Source: Chiloscyllium plagiosum
Taxonomy: Eukaryota
Reading direction: 5' to 3'
Length of the DNA stretch: 64,000 nucleotides
Assembly (NCBI RefSeq): GCF_004010195.1
Contig: NC_057749.1
Location: 14,888,088-14,952,087, forward strand
Shown: in pieces, positions 1 through 12,897 of the stretch
Layout of the letters: every line of letters begins with the position of its first letter
Numbering within the stretch: position 1 is the stretch's first letter
The notes under the pieces: generated by a model
Databases searched by the model: none
Seen by the model: only the letters and a program-made list of their open reading frames with translations
What the model was told of the DNA's origin: nothing
Program-made: the position numbers and the translations under genes

Positions 1-234
1 CATCCTCACTCCCAACGTCCAGTCCATACTCTCACTCTCAATTCCTACCCTCACCCTGAATCCAATCCTTACTCCAAGTTCTCGGCACTCAGTTGCCCAA
101 GTTTCTATTTACCACTCTCCCTGATATTGTTGTTGGGCATGTACCCAATCCTGTTCATTGCTTTGTAGCCTCACTGGGAGTACACAGGGGGATGTGGTAT
201 TTTTTAAGGACATGTTGTTATGGTATATTCCATT

Positions 235-620
235 TTATTGTTCTTGGGGGATGTGGGCATCGCTGACTGGGCCAGCATTTATTGCCTGTCTGTAGTTGTC
301 CTTGAGAAGGTGGTGGTGAGCTGCCTTCTTAAACCTCTGCAGTCTGTGAGCTGTAGGGACACAGAGACTCGCACTATGGGTATGGACAGTTTTGACCGAG
401 TGGGTAAGGATGGCAGATTTCATGCCTGGGAGGGCATTAGTGAACCAGATGGATTTTTACAACATTGCAGACATTATCTGAATCAGATGAGCATTTGATT
501 CCAGATTTGTTCATTAATTCAATTTGCTTGTCCCATCTGCTGCAGTGTGATTTAAAGTCCTGTCTGGATCCTAGGACTAATTTAAAGTAACATTATCACT
601 GTGATGCCATGCCTGCGTAT
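235..620 (-). mobile_element. Decayed tRNA-derived SINE sharing its 3' tail with a CR1/L2-like LINE
   Basis: Same family recurs at ~8880-9150(+), 20365-20760(+), 22700-22935(-) and 39625-39780(+), core aaaaacccatctggttcact...ggaaatctgc...gactccagacccac. The tail resembles the LINE end at ~48400-48450. Confidence 0.6.
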
Positions 621-3074
621 AAAGCATCATTCTGCTGCTGAGGGGCAGGCGTGTTTAAATGGGTCCTTTTGAGTCCTAGCCCTTTGTCCTTCCTTGAATT
701 ATCCTGGGAGATGGGCTGGAATGGAAGGTAAAAATATAAACGTTTGGTACAGTTATTGCTCAATGTTTGAAAAATCAAGGCCAGAACTTCTCCTGCTATC
801 GTGAATGCGGCCAGCATTCCATTGTCTGTATCTCCCAAGGGACCAGCGACTGATCAGTTGGCATTTTCCCAGGAGATGGCACATCGTGATTACAGCTGTG
901 TGTGTAAGAGCTGACAATTTGCCTCTGTGTTGCTCTGAGAGTTCCAGGATGCCTATGTTCAACCTTTTGTAGCGAGCAAGCTAAATTGGAAGTGACAGCA
1001 GCTCGGTGCAAATTGAAAGCGTATTTACTGAGCGCAGGCAAGAAGCACATTTCATGGAGAGAGAGAGAGAGAGAGGGACGCAGCTCATGCACTCTGCTGT
1101 CACTTGCCCACCCTGTCCCAGCGCACTTAACATCAAGAGTAATCCCTCTGCTATGTCATTATTCAAAGGCTAATTACATAAGGCTCAGTCCATCACTATT
1201 GTGTTTCCATTTTGTTCTTTAGAGAGAGATTAATATTCCCCGGGGTGTGACAGAGATTGGTAACAGTACAGAAATTACACTTCATTCTGGATGTTCTCAG
1301 GGGTGGGCTGCTTTAAGCAGAGTGAAAGACATATCATTCCTTCACTGGTGGAACATTCCGGAATGATACAGAGCCGAGGGATCAATCCATAGTCTGTACT
1401 GATTCTTCATGTACCGGGTTGAGGCAGTACATGGTGACGAGCTGTTTGACTGTGAGAGGCATCGCAAAGAGTTCACTTTCTCTTTCTAAGGGACGCAAAT
1501 TGGCTTGAGTGTTTTGTGCGAAGATTTCGGGTTGGTGGGTGGGGGTGAGGTCCTCCAGGGTCTCCCCCATTTCTCTCCAGTCTACCACTGACACGACCCC
1601 AAATGCAGAAGCTAACCCCGTGCAAAGCATTTGATAGGCAGAATTTGGGAACAGCTGGAGGCTGTTTGGCTGGTGATGAAGGTTCTTGTGGTGTAGCGGT
1701 AGTGTCCCTGCCTCAGAGCCTGGAGATCTAGCTTCAAGTCCCACCTGATCCAGAGGTGTGCTGTGACACACCTGGGCAGGTTGTTTCAGAGATATATCTC
1801 CCTATCCTCAATCAGCCTTATCTCTGTAACCCTTGGCTCCCCCCAGCAGACATCTATCAATCTCAGTTTGGAAATTTGCAGTTGGTCCTCAGCAGCGTTC
1901 CCGTTGTGAGGAGAACGTGGGAATTTCCACTGTGCATTCGGTGTCGGGGAAGCGTTCAGAATTCCTGCGTGATGCTTGCCCACGGTCAAGCAGCTAGTCA
2001 CCCCACATTGCCTCGCCCTGGCACATGATGGGGGCAGTATCAGAGGCTGATTGGAATGTGGAATGTTGCCTGAGACGGGGGTTTGAGAAGAGGAGGAGGA
2101 GGGGTGGGTTGGGGGGGTGTCGGAAATGATTGGCATTGCAGCCAGCTGTGTGGATGCTGCTTCAATATCCATGGCATAACTGGAGTGAGAATTTCAGGGT
2201 CAGCAGGGTCCTGTTTCCTGTATGTATTAGGCCTGTGTCTAGGCACAGCTCAGACCAAGTCAACAACACCTCTCTGTTTATACCAGTGGAAACATTTCCT
2301 ATAGCTTCCAATGCAGAAAGAGGTCATTCAGCCCACTGTTTCCCATGCCAGCCACACACTCTGACTCCTCCCCTGTCGCACTGCAACCTCGTCACTTAAA
2401 TATTCATCCAGTTCGTCTGTTGGAAGTGTCTGTTGAAACTGCTTCAACTGTGCATTCAGGCAGAATACAGGCACAGAGGTCAGGAGCAGGCGGAGGCTGA
2501 AACCACTCCACAGAGGCCGGTATCCTGTCACCGAGTCACCCTGTGCGGGCAGGAAGGGGGATTGAGATGGTGGCTGTAGCTGAACAGGCAAGAGTTGGAA
2601 TGTTGAGGGCTTTCTCAATCTGTCTGAGGTCAATGCCTGAGCCCACATGGTGTTTTCTCGAGAAGCGAGGCAGAGAGAAGCCGTTTGGACAGCTCACTGA
2701 TTGCAACTCCACTGGCAGGGACACTGCAAGCATGTGGGATCCCAGGTGTGTTCTTTAACGATTAACACAGGATTGCAATTTGCTTGTGGAAAGAACTTTT
2801 CTGATCCAAAGTTGCTGCCTGGCATTGACTGGCAAGCTGGCTCAGCTTGAACTGAAGACCGGTCCGTTTGGTCTCATTTCCTATATCTCTCCACGTCTTG
2901 TCTAACCTCCTTTGGAGAGTTTGGGATTGTTCAGTTGTCAGCCATCTCTGCTGTAAGTGAGATGATTACTATTGAACAGTCTGTGTACTAATGCATGAGG
3001 CATTAGGGACAATCCATCAGCAATTCACTTCTGTCAGACCACATTTCCACATCATCTTCGCATGAAAAGACCGA

Positions 3075-3384
3075 GAGAGACTTGCATTCATATAGCATCC
3101 CTCGTGACCTCTGAATCCCCCACAGTTCCCCCACGTGTAGTCTCTGCATTAATGTAGAAACCTCAGCATCCATTGTATGCACAATAAGCCCCCACAAACA
3201 GGAAATTAATTGCAGCTGTTCATCTGAATTTGTGGTATTGGTTCCGGAATAATAATTCGTCATGACAGCAGGATGAGCCACTGTGTCATTTTCCTACACA
3301 GCACCATGGGATATTTTGCAACCACATGGGAGGCAGTCAGCATGTCATTCTCACCCTCGATAGTGCAGGAGTCTCTCAGCACTG
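3075..3384 (-). mobile_element. DeuSINE (SacSINE1-like) remnant
   Basis: Degenerate match to the recalled Deu-domain reverse strand (cccacaaacag...ccatgggat...ccctcgatagtgcaggagtctctcagcactg). Confidence 0.55.
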
Positions 3385-4237
3385 AGGGAATATCACACTG
3401 TTGGAGGGTCAATACTGTGGGAGTGAGAGTACTGAGGCAGCGCCGCACTGTCGGAGGGTCTGTACAGAGGGAGCACCAGCTGATGCAGGGTCAGTGCTGA
3501 GGGACTGCTGCACTGTCGGAGGGTCAGTGCTGAGGGAGTGGCGCACTGTCAGAGGGTCAGTGCTGACGGAGTGCTGCACTGTCGGAGGGTCAGTACTGAG
3601 GGAGTGCCGCACTGTCAGAGGGTCAGTACTGAGGGAGTGCCGCACTGTCGGAGGGTCAGTGCTGAGGGAGGGCTGCACAGTCGGAGGGTCAGTGCTGACG
3701 GAGTGCTGCACTGTCGGAGGGTCAGTATTGAAGGAGTGCCATACTGTCAGAGGGTCAGTACTGAGGGAGTGCTGCACTGTCAGAGGGTCAGTACTGAGGG
3801 AATGTGCACTGTCAGAGGGTCAATACTGAGGGAGTGCCATACTGTCAGAGGGTCAGTACTGAGGGAGTGCTGCACTGTCAGAGGGTCAGTACTGAGGGAG
3901 TGCCGCACTGTCAGAGGGTCAGTACTGAGGGAGTGCCGCACTGTCAGAGGGTCAGTACTGAGGGAGTGCCGCACTGTCAGAGGGTCAGTACTGAGGGAGT
4001 GCTGCACTGTCGGAGGGTCAGTGCTGAGGGAGTGCTGCACTGTCAGAGGGTCAGTACTGTAGGAGTGCCGTACTGTCAGAGGGTCTGTGCTGAGGGAGTG
4101 CCGCACTGTCAGAGGGTCAGTGCTGAGGGGGTGCCGCACTGTCAGAGGGTCAGTGCTGAGGGAGTGCCGCACTGTCAGAGGGTCAGTACTGAGGGAGTGC
4201 CGCACTGTCAGAGGGTCAGTACTGAGGGAGTGCCACA
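3376..4237 (+). repeat. 33-bp minisatellite (cagtactgagggagtgccgcactgtcagagggt)n, ~26 copies
   Basis: Tandem units read directly. Confidence 0.95.
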
Positions 4238-4327
4238 CTCTTGAGAATGGTCATGAGAATCCAACTTGTGACAATGCCCTAATCTGGGGCATGGGATCAA
4301 AACAGCCTGTTACTATAAAGTAACCAG

Positions 4328-4502
4328 CTGACAGTGCGGTGCCCCCTCAGTACTGACCCTCCGACAGTGTGGCACTCCCTCAGTACTGACCTTCTGACAG
4401 TGCTTTGCTCCCTCAGTACTGACCCTCCGACTGTGCAGCCCTCCCTCAGCACTGACCCTCCGACTGTGCAGCCCTCCCTCAGCACTGACCCTCCGACAGT
4501 GC
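4328..4502 (-). repeat. 33-bp minisatellite, ~5 copies, inverted relative to 3376-4237
   Basis: ctccctcagtactgaccctccgacagtg units. Confidence 0.95.
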
Positions 4503-5264
4503 TAACTCCCCCAACAAGGCTCTTGGTGCTGCAAGATTAACGTGATATAGAAGCACAGAATGTTTCGGAGTCTCAAAATGTGCCAGTGGGCTCGCAGGTT
4601 CCTGAAGTGATGTTGTGCAGTGAAGCAGCTGGTGAGTGCATGGTAAGATCCCAGTAACAGAAAGGGCAGTGGGAGCATAGCTACTCTTAATAACTTGGGT
4701 GAAGGACAGTGGCTTTGTGGGCGCCTCTGTATTTAAAGAAGTGAATTATTAACAGGCTAATCATCTATTAATGTTCAAAAATGGTAGACAGCCTTCACCA
4801 TCTAAACAGAAGTTGGTTATAAATATTAAAACAAATGGAGAATGTGATACTCAATTCCATTCATGCATTATTGACCAGATAACTGCTCTATTCAACTTCA
4901 TGCTGAAAGTGTCCCTGAATGTTGTGCCCACACACTTTATCAGAGAGAACTGCAAGATGAACACAGCCATATACGCTCAGAATTCCTGACCATCCATTCC
5001 ATCCTATCCCTTGGAGCCAGCCAATCACCTCTATGGTTGGGTGCATTCACTATACATTTAGTTTTCTCATTCCCTGCTCCCTTTCATGTTCTCCTGTCAT
5101 CGTGAGGCAGCAGCTTAAACTAATGAGAAGCAAGTCAGGAGGTGCTGGAGGGAGGTGGCTGCAGTGGGAGAGGAGACTGGTCCAGCTGCACCTTTGTGGT
5201 CCCAAAGCACAATGACCAGAATCGCAGCGATCTCACCATCCGCGGTAGCAATAATAAGGTAGGC

Positions 5265-5981
5265 TTAAGGTGAGAGGGGAGAGATTTAAAAAGCACCTGA
5301 GGGGTAACCTTTTCACACAGAAGGTGATGCGTGTATGAAATGAGCTGCCAGAGGAAGTGGTGGAGGTTGGTACATTGCAACATTTAAAAGGAAGGGTTTG
5401 GAGGGCTATGGGCCAAATGCTGGCAAATGGACTTGGTTAATTTAGGGTATCTGTTCGGCAAGGACAAGGTGGACAAAAAGATCTGTTTCCGTGCTGTGCA
5501 TCTCTATGACTCTATAACAGAACACCTGTCCCTCACTATGGAGTTGCAGGTAGATAGGATAGTGAAAAAGGTGTTTGGTATGCTTTCCTTTATTGGTCAG
5601 AGTATTGAGTACCGGAGTTGGGAGGCCATGTTGCGGATGTACAGGACATTGGTTAGGCCACTGTTGGAATATTGCGTGCAATTCTGGTCTCCTTCCTATC
5701 GGAAAGATGTTGTGAAAGTGGAAAAGGTTCAGAAAAGATTTACAAGGATGTTGCCAGGGTTGGAGGATTTGAGCTATAGGTGAGCTGCCAGAGGATGTGG
5801 TGGAGACTGGTACAATTGCAACATTTAAGAGGCAATTGGATGGGTATATGAATAGGAAGGGTTTGGAGGGATATGGGCCGGGTGCTGGCAGGTGGGACTA
5901 GATTGGGTTGGGATATCTGGTCAACATGGACAGGTTAGACTGAAGGGTCTGTTTCCATGCTGTACATCTCTATGACTCTAT
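5265..5981 (+). mobile_element. Two tandem CR1/HER1-type LINE 3' fragments
   Basis: RT C-terminal peptide YRTLVRPLLEYCVQFWSP..KVEKVQKRFTRMLPGL; two tails ending tctctatgactctat (5515 and 5981). Confidence 0.9.
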
Positions 5982-6694
5982 AACAGGACACCTGTCCCTC
6001 ACTATCTCTGCAATCCCTATGGCCCTCCATGATCTCACCACTTCCCAAATTCTGGCCTTTCTGAGTGTCTGCCATTTGAATGGTTTCACCGTGCCTTCCA
6101 CTCCCTGAACCTGAAGTTCAGGTTTCTCAGCAAGCTCGAACATCCAGCCTGTACCTGCAGCAAGTTGATTCCTTCCTTGGATCATGCTCACTCCATGGAG
6201 TTAAAGAGCTGGTGCCCTGTATTCTGCTTAATCCTCCTTAAACTTCTCTGCCTCTCTCTCCCCTTATTAACACTTACGTCACCAGCTCCAATGTCTCCTT
6301 ATGTGATTTGATGTTGAGGTTTGTTTAACAATGCTGCTGTGAAGTGCTTTGGAATGTTCATGGTGCTATATAAATGCAAGTTGCTGTTGTTGTTAGGGCC
6401 ATTCAGCCCCTCAAGCCTGCTCTAGCAGTCCGACAACAATAGCTAAACCCTACTTGAGCCCCATTTCCCAGCCACATCTCGAAATCCTTTTGAAAGTGAG
6501 ATACATGGCAGTGTAACACTGTAGGTCAGTTCACTGTCATTTGGTTGTTGTCTTGGTGCTGACATCCTACCAATCAACTGGAAGCTGATTACCTGGGCTT
6601 GCACCTCATTTGTTACGTGTGGAATCTTCCTGTGCACAGCAGTGACCATCCTTCAGAGCTCCGGTAAAGGTGCAAAATGTTCTGTTTTGATCAT

Positions 6695-7060
6695 ACAGCA
6701 CAGGAACAGACCCTTTGGTCCAACCGGTCCATGCCGACCAGATATCCCAATCTCACCTAGTCCCATTTGCCAGCACCTGGCCCATATCCCTCCAAACCCT
6801 TCCCATTCATATACCCATCCAGGTGCCTTTTAAATGCTGTAATTGTACCAGCCTCCACCACTTCCTCTGGCAGCTCATTCCATACACGCACCACCTTCTG
6901 CGTGAAAAAGTTACCCCTTAGATCCTTTTTAAATCTTTCCCCTCTCACCTTAAACCTATGCCCTCTAGGTTTGGACCGCCCTACCCCTGGGGAAAAGACC
7001 TTGACTATTCACCCTATTCATGCCCCTCATTATTTTGTAAACCTCTATAAGGTCACGCCC
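6695..7060 (-). mobile_element. CR1-type LINE 3' fragment
   Basis: RGERFKKDLRGNFFTQKVVRVWNELPEEVVEAGT peptide plus the characteristic 3'UTR. Confidence 0.9.
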
Positions 7061-7866
7061 TCAGTCAGGAAGAGGATCTCTGCCAGCCAGGGTGGTATGG
7101 GCACTAACCTTCATCAGATTGTCAAAGTATTTATCTGTATGCTTGCAATTCAAAGATCATGTATTAAGCGCAGGAAATTGGGATGAGAATAGTTAGGTGT
7201 TTATGTTTGACTAGCACAGGCTCAATGGGCTGAAGGGTTGTAGTCCTCTCTGGGTATGGGGAAATCCATTCCAATAGGAGCCTCTGGTTAATGATCCAGT
7301 CTATCTCCTCTCTCCCCCGACAAAGCTTTCCACAAGAACTCCTTGTCTCCTTATAATCTGGTCGCTGCCCTGCCTGCCCTGAGCTGATAAAGACTCTGAT
7401 CGACACGATTCAGTAAGACACAAGCAGAAATAACCAGCCGGATTCTGAATGCAGTGCCATTTCAACACTTGATGGTCCTTTACTAAATACATCTCTAATG
7501 CATCTTTAATGAAGTTCCCCAGTATCTGCTGGCACATTGAGGGAATCGAATTGAAATTAATAAGCTTCATATAACACAGGTATCAGCTTTTGAAAATTAA
7601 TTTATGTGTAAATTGCATCGCCTTGTGGCCTGCATTAAAAGACGTGTTGGTTCCATTTGGTTTTTCTTTCAAGAATTTATAGCAATGCCAAAGGGACTTT
7701 GGCTTTTATTTGAATCGGTTGTTATCTGTGAGCTGAAAGATTGCCTTCATTTCTGTATGGAGTTGACTCTGGAAAAAGAGCTTCCTTTGACTCTCTTTCC
7801 CTTTTTGTCTCTCTCTGTCTCTGTCACCACCCCCATCCCACACCCCAGCTGTCTCTCTACACCCCC

Positions 7867-8109
7867 NNNNNNNNNNNNNNNNNNNNNNNNNNNNNNNNNN
7901 NNNNNNNNNNNNNNNNNNNNNNNNNNNNNNNNNNNNNNNNNNNNNNNNNNNNNNNNNNNNNNNNNNNNNNNNNNNNNNNNNNNNNNNNNNNNNNNNNNNN
8001 NNNNNNNNNNNNNNNNNNNNNNNNNNNNNNNNNNNNNNNNNNNNNNNNNNNNNNNNNNNNNNNNNNNNNNNNNNNNNNNNNNNNNNNNNNNNNNNNNNNN
8101 NNNNNNNNN
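7867..8109. other. Assembly gap (others at 14618-15117, 35478-36274, 45889-46524, 56648-57225)
   Basis: Runs of N, each next to low-complexity or tandem sequence. Confidence 0.99.
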
Positions 8110-9439
8110 CTTTCTCTCTCCCCCCCCCCCCCCCCCCCCCACCTCCAAGTCTGTGTCTGTCTGTCTCTCTCTCTCTCTTTCACTCCAATTTCTATTAGCC
8201 ACTGAGTGGCGGGTGAGGGTATTTTATGTAGATTTTATTCTGATACCAGCTGCCTGTTTCAAACGCAGTTTGCATATAAATTACTTATTTAAAATACAAT
8301 TATAGCCACTCAGTCAGTGTAACTGAAAGGGTTGCACAAGTAATTAAAGTGTCACTTCCTTAGGCAATTATACGGCTGGTGACAAAGATGGCCGACGCAT
8401 CAGTGTGTCCATCAGTCAGTTTGTCCCCAAACCCCTCTGTGTCTGACTCTTTCCAGGTTACAGAAACCAGAGGTGAGGGTCCTTTTTATTCTGCTCTGTC
8501 AGCAACTTGGAAAATTAAAGCTTTTAAAAGCTGAAGTTCATTGTCTTAAGGGTGAGGGATCACAGGAGCAAATTAAAATCTGAGCAATGCTTTAGTCTCC
8601 TCTAGTTTTTAATTGCTCCCTTCTTCACAGGAGGTTGCTGAGCTTTGGTTGAAGTTTGGGTGAAGTATAGTTGGACTTTAGGCTGCATGCTTAGTGTAGA
8701 GCATGGCTCTGAGAAACATTGGAGAAAATGCAAAGACGGTACCAAGAGCTGAGAGATTGCAAATCTTCTAGTGATTGTATCACCACCACCTTCTCAATGG
8801 CAATGGGTAATAAATGTTGGACCAGCCAGTCACACCAACATCCTGTGAACAGATTTTAGGAAAATATCCTATCGCACTGACTGGTGTAATTTAAATTCAA
8901 TCAATAAAACATCTGGAATGGAAACCTCATCATTGACGGTAGTACAAACCTATCAGGCTCCCATGTGTCCTTCAGGGAGGGAAATCTGCTGCCCTTGCCT
9001 GCTCTGGCCTCCATGTGACTCCAGACCCACTGCGATGTGGGTGATTCTGAACCGCCCTCTGAAATGGTTGTGGGAAGCGCTCAGTTTGATGGGAATGAGA
9101 GATGGCCTTGTTGGCCTTGCCTTCATCCCATGGCGGAATCACATAAAAGACCCCGGGAACATTCAGACCCAGTTCCACGCCTTGAGAACAGGATCAGCAC
9201 CAGCTGCTGACCGAACCTGTGACTCTCCCAGGTACCTGTGCCTCAGTACATCAGTGTGCTGACCGAGTGAGATACTGAGGCAGGTTCATCCTCAGAATGG
9301 GGTTGAAAGGGGAACCTGATGATTGATGGAAACATTTTTGTTTATGAATAAAGAATCAACAGGGAATTTGTCAAATTATGCAAATTTAGTTGAGTACTTG
9401 GAGAGTGGAACATTCTCTCTGCATCAGCCCTACTGTTGG

Positions 9440-9751
9440 TCTCTGCAGCATATAAGAAATGTATAGTGGCCTTCAGTCTCAGACATTCCAAAATACATTA
9501 CAGCTTTAAATGTTCTGTAAAAGCCAACATTGTTATGGAAAAATTTGGCGCCATTGGAGCACATCAAGACCCCACCGGCAATAAAAGGACAGCCAATAGA
9601 TGGTTTTTTTTGATGCAGATGGGAGGATAAATTTGTATCAAGAGACCAGACAGAATCACCCTCCCGTTCCTTCAAATAATTCATGCAAAATTGACCTTGC
9701 TCAGAGGGAGTATGATTTAATGCTTCATCCAAAAGACAGCACTCCCACAGT
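9440..9751 (-). mobile_element. DeuSINE remnant running directly into a 33-bp array
   Basis: ...tttaatgcttcatccaaaagacagcac adjoins the first array unit, as in the recalled SINE consensus. Confidence 0.6.
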
Positions 9752-10020
9752 TTGACCCGCCAACAGTGCGGCACTCCCTCAGCGCTGACCCTCCGACAGC
9801 GCGGCACTCCCTCAGCGCTGACCCTCCGACAGTATGGTGCTATCTCAGCGCTGACCCTCCGACAGCGCGGCACTTCCTCAGCACTGACCCTCCGACAGCG
9901 CGGCACTCTCTCAGCACTGACTCTCTGACAGTGCCTGCTCCCTCAGCACTGACTCTCCGACAGTGAGGCGCTCCCTCTGCACTGACTCTCTGACAGTGCC
10001 TGCTCCCTCAGCACTGACAC
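9752..10020 (-). repeat. 33-bp minisatellite, ~8 copies
   Basis: Tandem ctccctcagcgctgaccctccgacagcgcggca units. Confidence 0.95.
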
Positions 10021-10649
10021 TCATCCTGACACTCCTATCCATCTCACTCTGCCAATATTCTCCTTTCCACATTATCTGGATCAGCCTCAGTCCCAGTTGC
10101 TGCAAAGTCATGCATTGATTGAGAGATGCAGCTTCAAATGGAAGCAGTCAATTTCTGACATGCAATATCGACCTATTTAGCAAGTTCAGAGGGGATTGAT
10201 TCTGCATCCAGGAGATCAATAAAGGACAGATCTGAACCTGTCTCCTTGTGTAATCAGGCTGAATTAACTATTTTTCCGACAAACCCATAATATGTCATCG
10301 TGTGGAACAAATGATACATTTACCATTCAATCTCATCTAATACTGGTGCTTGGGCGTTTCAGCATCATTGCTAAGCTTGGCATTTATTTGCTGTCCCTAT
10401 TTCGCCTCATTTCCAGGAAGTTTCTCCTGGAATGTTGCCGTCGGGATGCCTGACTGCTCCCAGGGATTGTTGCGTTCAATTCAGCGCTGCCCCTGTTAGA
10501 ACCCAGTGGTTATGAAGGGACAGTGACAAAAGACCAGCTGAAAGACTTGGAAAGAGAATGTGAAGACATCCCATGATTTGGATACATTTCTCCATATTTT
10601 TGGGATCACTTTGCGCAATGGGATCTCCTCAAGATCTTCAATTTGGGCC

Positions 10650-11300
10650 ATACAGAGTCATACAGCTCAGAAACCGACCCTTCAGTCCAGCCAGTCCATG
10701 CTGAACATAATCTCAAACTAAACCAGTCACACCTGCCTGGCCCATATCCCTCCAAACCTTTCCTGTTCATGTACATATCCAAATGTTGTTTTAAAATGTT
10801 CTGACTTCACCCGTATCCATCACTTCCTCAGGAAGTTCATTCACACACGCACCACTGTCTGTGTAAAACCAAACTGCCCCTCGTGTCATTTTTAAATCTT
10901 TCTCCTCTCACCTTAAAGGAATGTCCTCTTGTCTACCAATCAACTTATCTATGTGCCTCACGATTTTATAAACCTCTATAAGGTCACCCTTCAACCTCCT
11001 ACGCTCCAGTGAAAAATACCCCAGCCCATCCAGTCAATTTTTTATAACTCAAACCCTCCATTCCCAGCACCGTCCTGATAAGTTTTGACTGAACCCTCTC
11101 CAGTTTAATAATATCCTTCCTGTAACAAGCCGACTAGAACTGGCACAGTATTCCAGAAGAGGCCTCACCAATGTCCTGTACAACCTCAGCATGACGTCCC
11201 AACTCCTATACTCAGCGATCTGAGCAATGGAGGCATGTGTGTGAAACATCTTCAGAACCACCCGGATTACCTCTGATGCAAACTTCCCAGAATCAGGTGT
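10650..11300 (-). mobile_element. CR1-type LINE 3' fragment
   Basis: EYRSWDVMLRLYRTLVRPLLEYC peptide on the minus strand plus tail. Confidence 0.88.
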
Positions 11301-11788
11301 CTGGATGTTAAACACTGCCTGAGTGGCAGCCACTCCTTCGATAGTCTCGATCCTCAGCTCCAGTCTCTAAGGAATGTAATAAATAGGAGCAGGATTTGGC
11401 CATTTGGCCCATCAAGTCAGCTCTACCATCCAATACAATCCTGCCTTCTCTTGGTCTCAGCTGCACATCTCTCTCAATTTCCTGAGAGATCAGAAATTGG
11501 TCTGACCTATTGTTATCATTATGCCCAAATGCATGGATCTCAGTCCCAAACCCAAAGGCTCTTTACCCTGACATGGTAACCCCCCACCCCCACCCCACCC
11601 ATGCTGGAGATCCACCAGGCAGGGGTCCTCAAACTCTGCCTCTCCCTCCTCTTCTAAGATGCTCTAAGAACACAACTCTTGAACCAAGATTGTTCATCAT
11701 TCAAAGTACTCCTTCGCTGGCTTTCTCCTCCTGTTTGGGAATTTGCACTTCGTTCACAGTGTGAGAGAAATGCAAATTCTCATTGTAT

Positions 11789-12897
11789 CCTCAGCACTGA
11801 CCCACCAACACTGCAGCACTCCCTCAGCACTGACCGTCTGACAGTGTGACGCGCTCTCAGCACTGACCCTCCGACAGTGCGGCACTCCCTCAGCACTGAC
11901 CCTCCGACAGTGCAGCACTCCCTCAGCACTGACCCTCTGATAGTGTGGCAGTCCCTCAGCACTGACCCTCTAACAGTGAGGCACTCCCTCAGCACTGATT
12001 CTCCAACAGTGCAGCACTCCCTCAGCACTGACACTACAAGAGTGCGGCACTCCCTCAGCACTGACCCTCCAACAGTGCAGCACTCCCTCAACACTGACAC
12101 TCCGAGTGCGGCACTCCCTCAGCACTGACCCTCTGACAGTGTGACACTCCCTCAGTACTGACCCTCTGACAGTGTGACACTCCCTCAGCACTGACCCTCC
12201 GACAGTGCGGCACTCCCTCAGCCCTGACCCTCTGACAGTGTAGCACTCCCTCAGCCCTGACCCTCCGACAGTGCCGCACTCCCTCAGCACTGACCCTCCA
12301 ACAGTGCAGCACTCCCTCAGCACTGACCCTCTAACAGTGCAGCACTCCCTCAGCACTGACCCTCCAACAGTGTAGCACTCCCTCAGCACTGACCCTCCAA
12401 CTGTGTAGCACTCCCTCAGCACTGACCCGCCAACAGTGCAGCACTGACCCTCCAACAGTGCAGCACTCCCTCAGCACTGACCCTCTGATAGTGTGGCAGT
12501 CCCTCAGCACTGACCCTCTGACAGTGCGGCATTCCCTCAACACAGACCTTCTAACAGTGAGGCACTCCCTCAGCACTGATTCTCCAACAGTGCAGCACTC
12601 CCTCAGCACTGACACTCCAACAGTGCAGCACTCCCTCAGCACCACTGACCCTCTGACAGTGTAGCACCACTGACCCTCCAACAGTGTAGCACTCCCTCAG
12701 CACTGACCCTCCAACAGTGTAGCACTCCCTCAGCACTGACCCTCCAACAGTGCAGCACTCCCTTTGTACTGACCCTCCAACAGTGTAGCACTCCCTCAGC
12801 CCTGACCCTCTGACAGTGTAGCACTCCCTCAGCCCTGACCCTCTGACAGTGTAGCACTCCCTCTGTACTGACTCTCTGACAGTGTAGCACTCCCTCT
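11789..12897 (-). repeat. 33-bp minisatellite, ~33 copies
   Basis: Tandem units; followed at 12897-12990 by a decayed tRNA-like SINE head on the minus strand. Confidence 0.95.

Noticed and set aside
5108..5260. Pyrimidine tract plus AG followed by a short ORF (QQLKLMRSK...)
   Set aside because: No similarity to the adaptor family, an early stop and no convincing donor.
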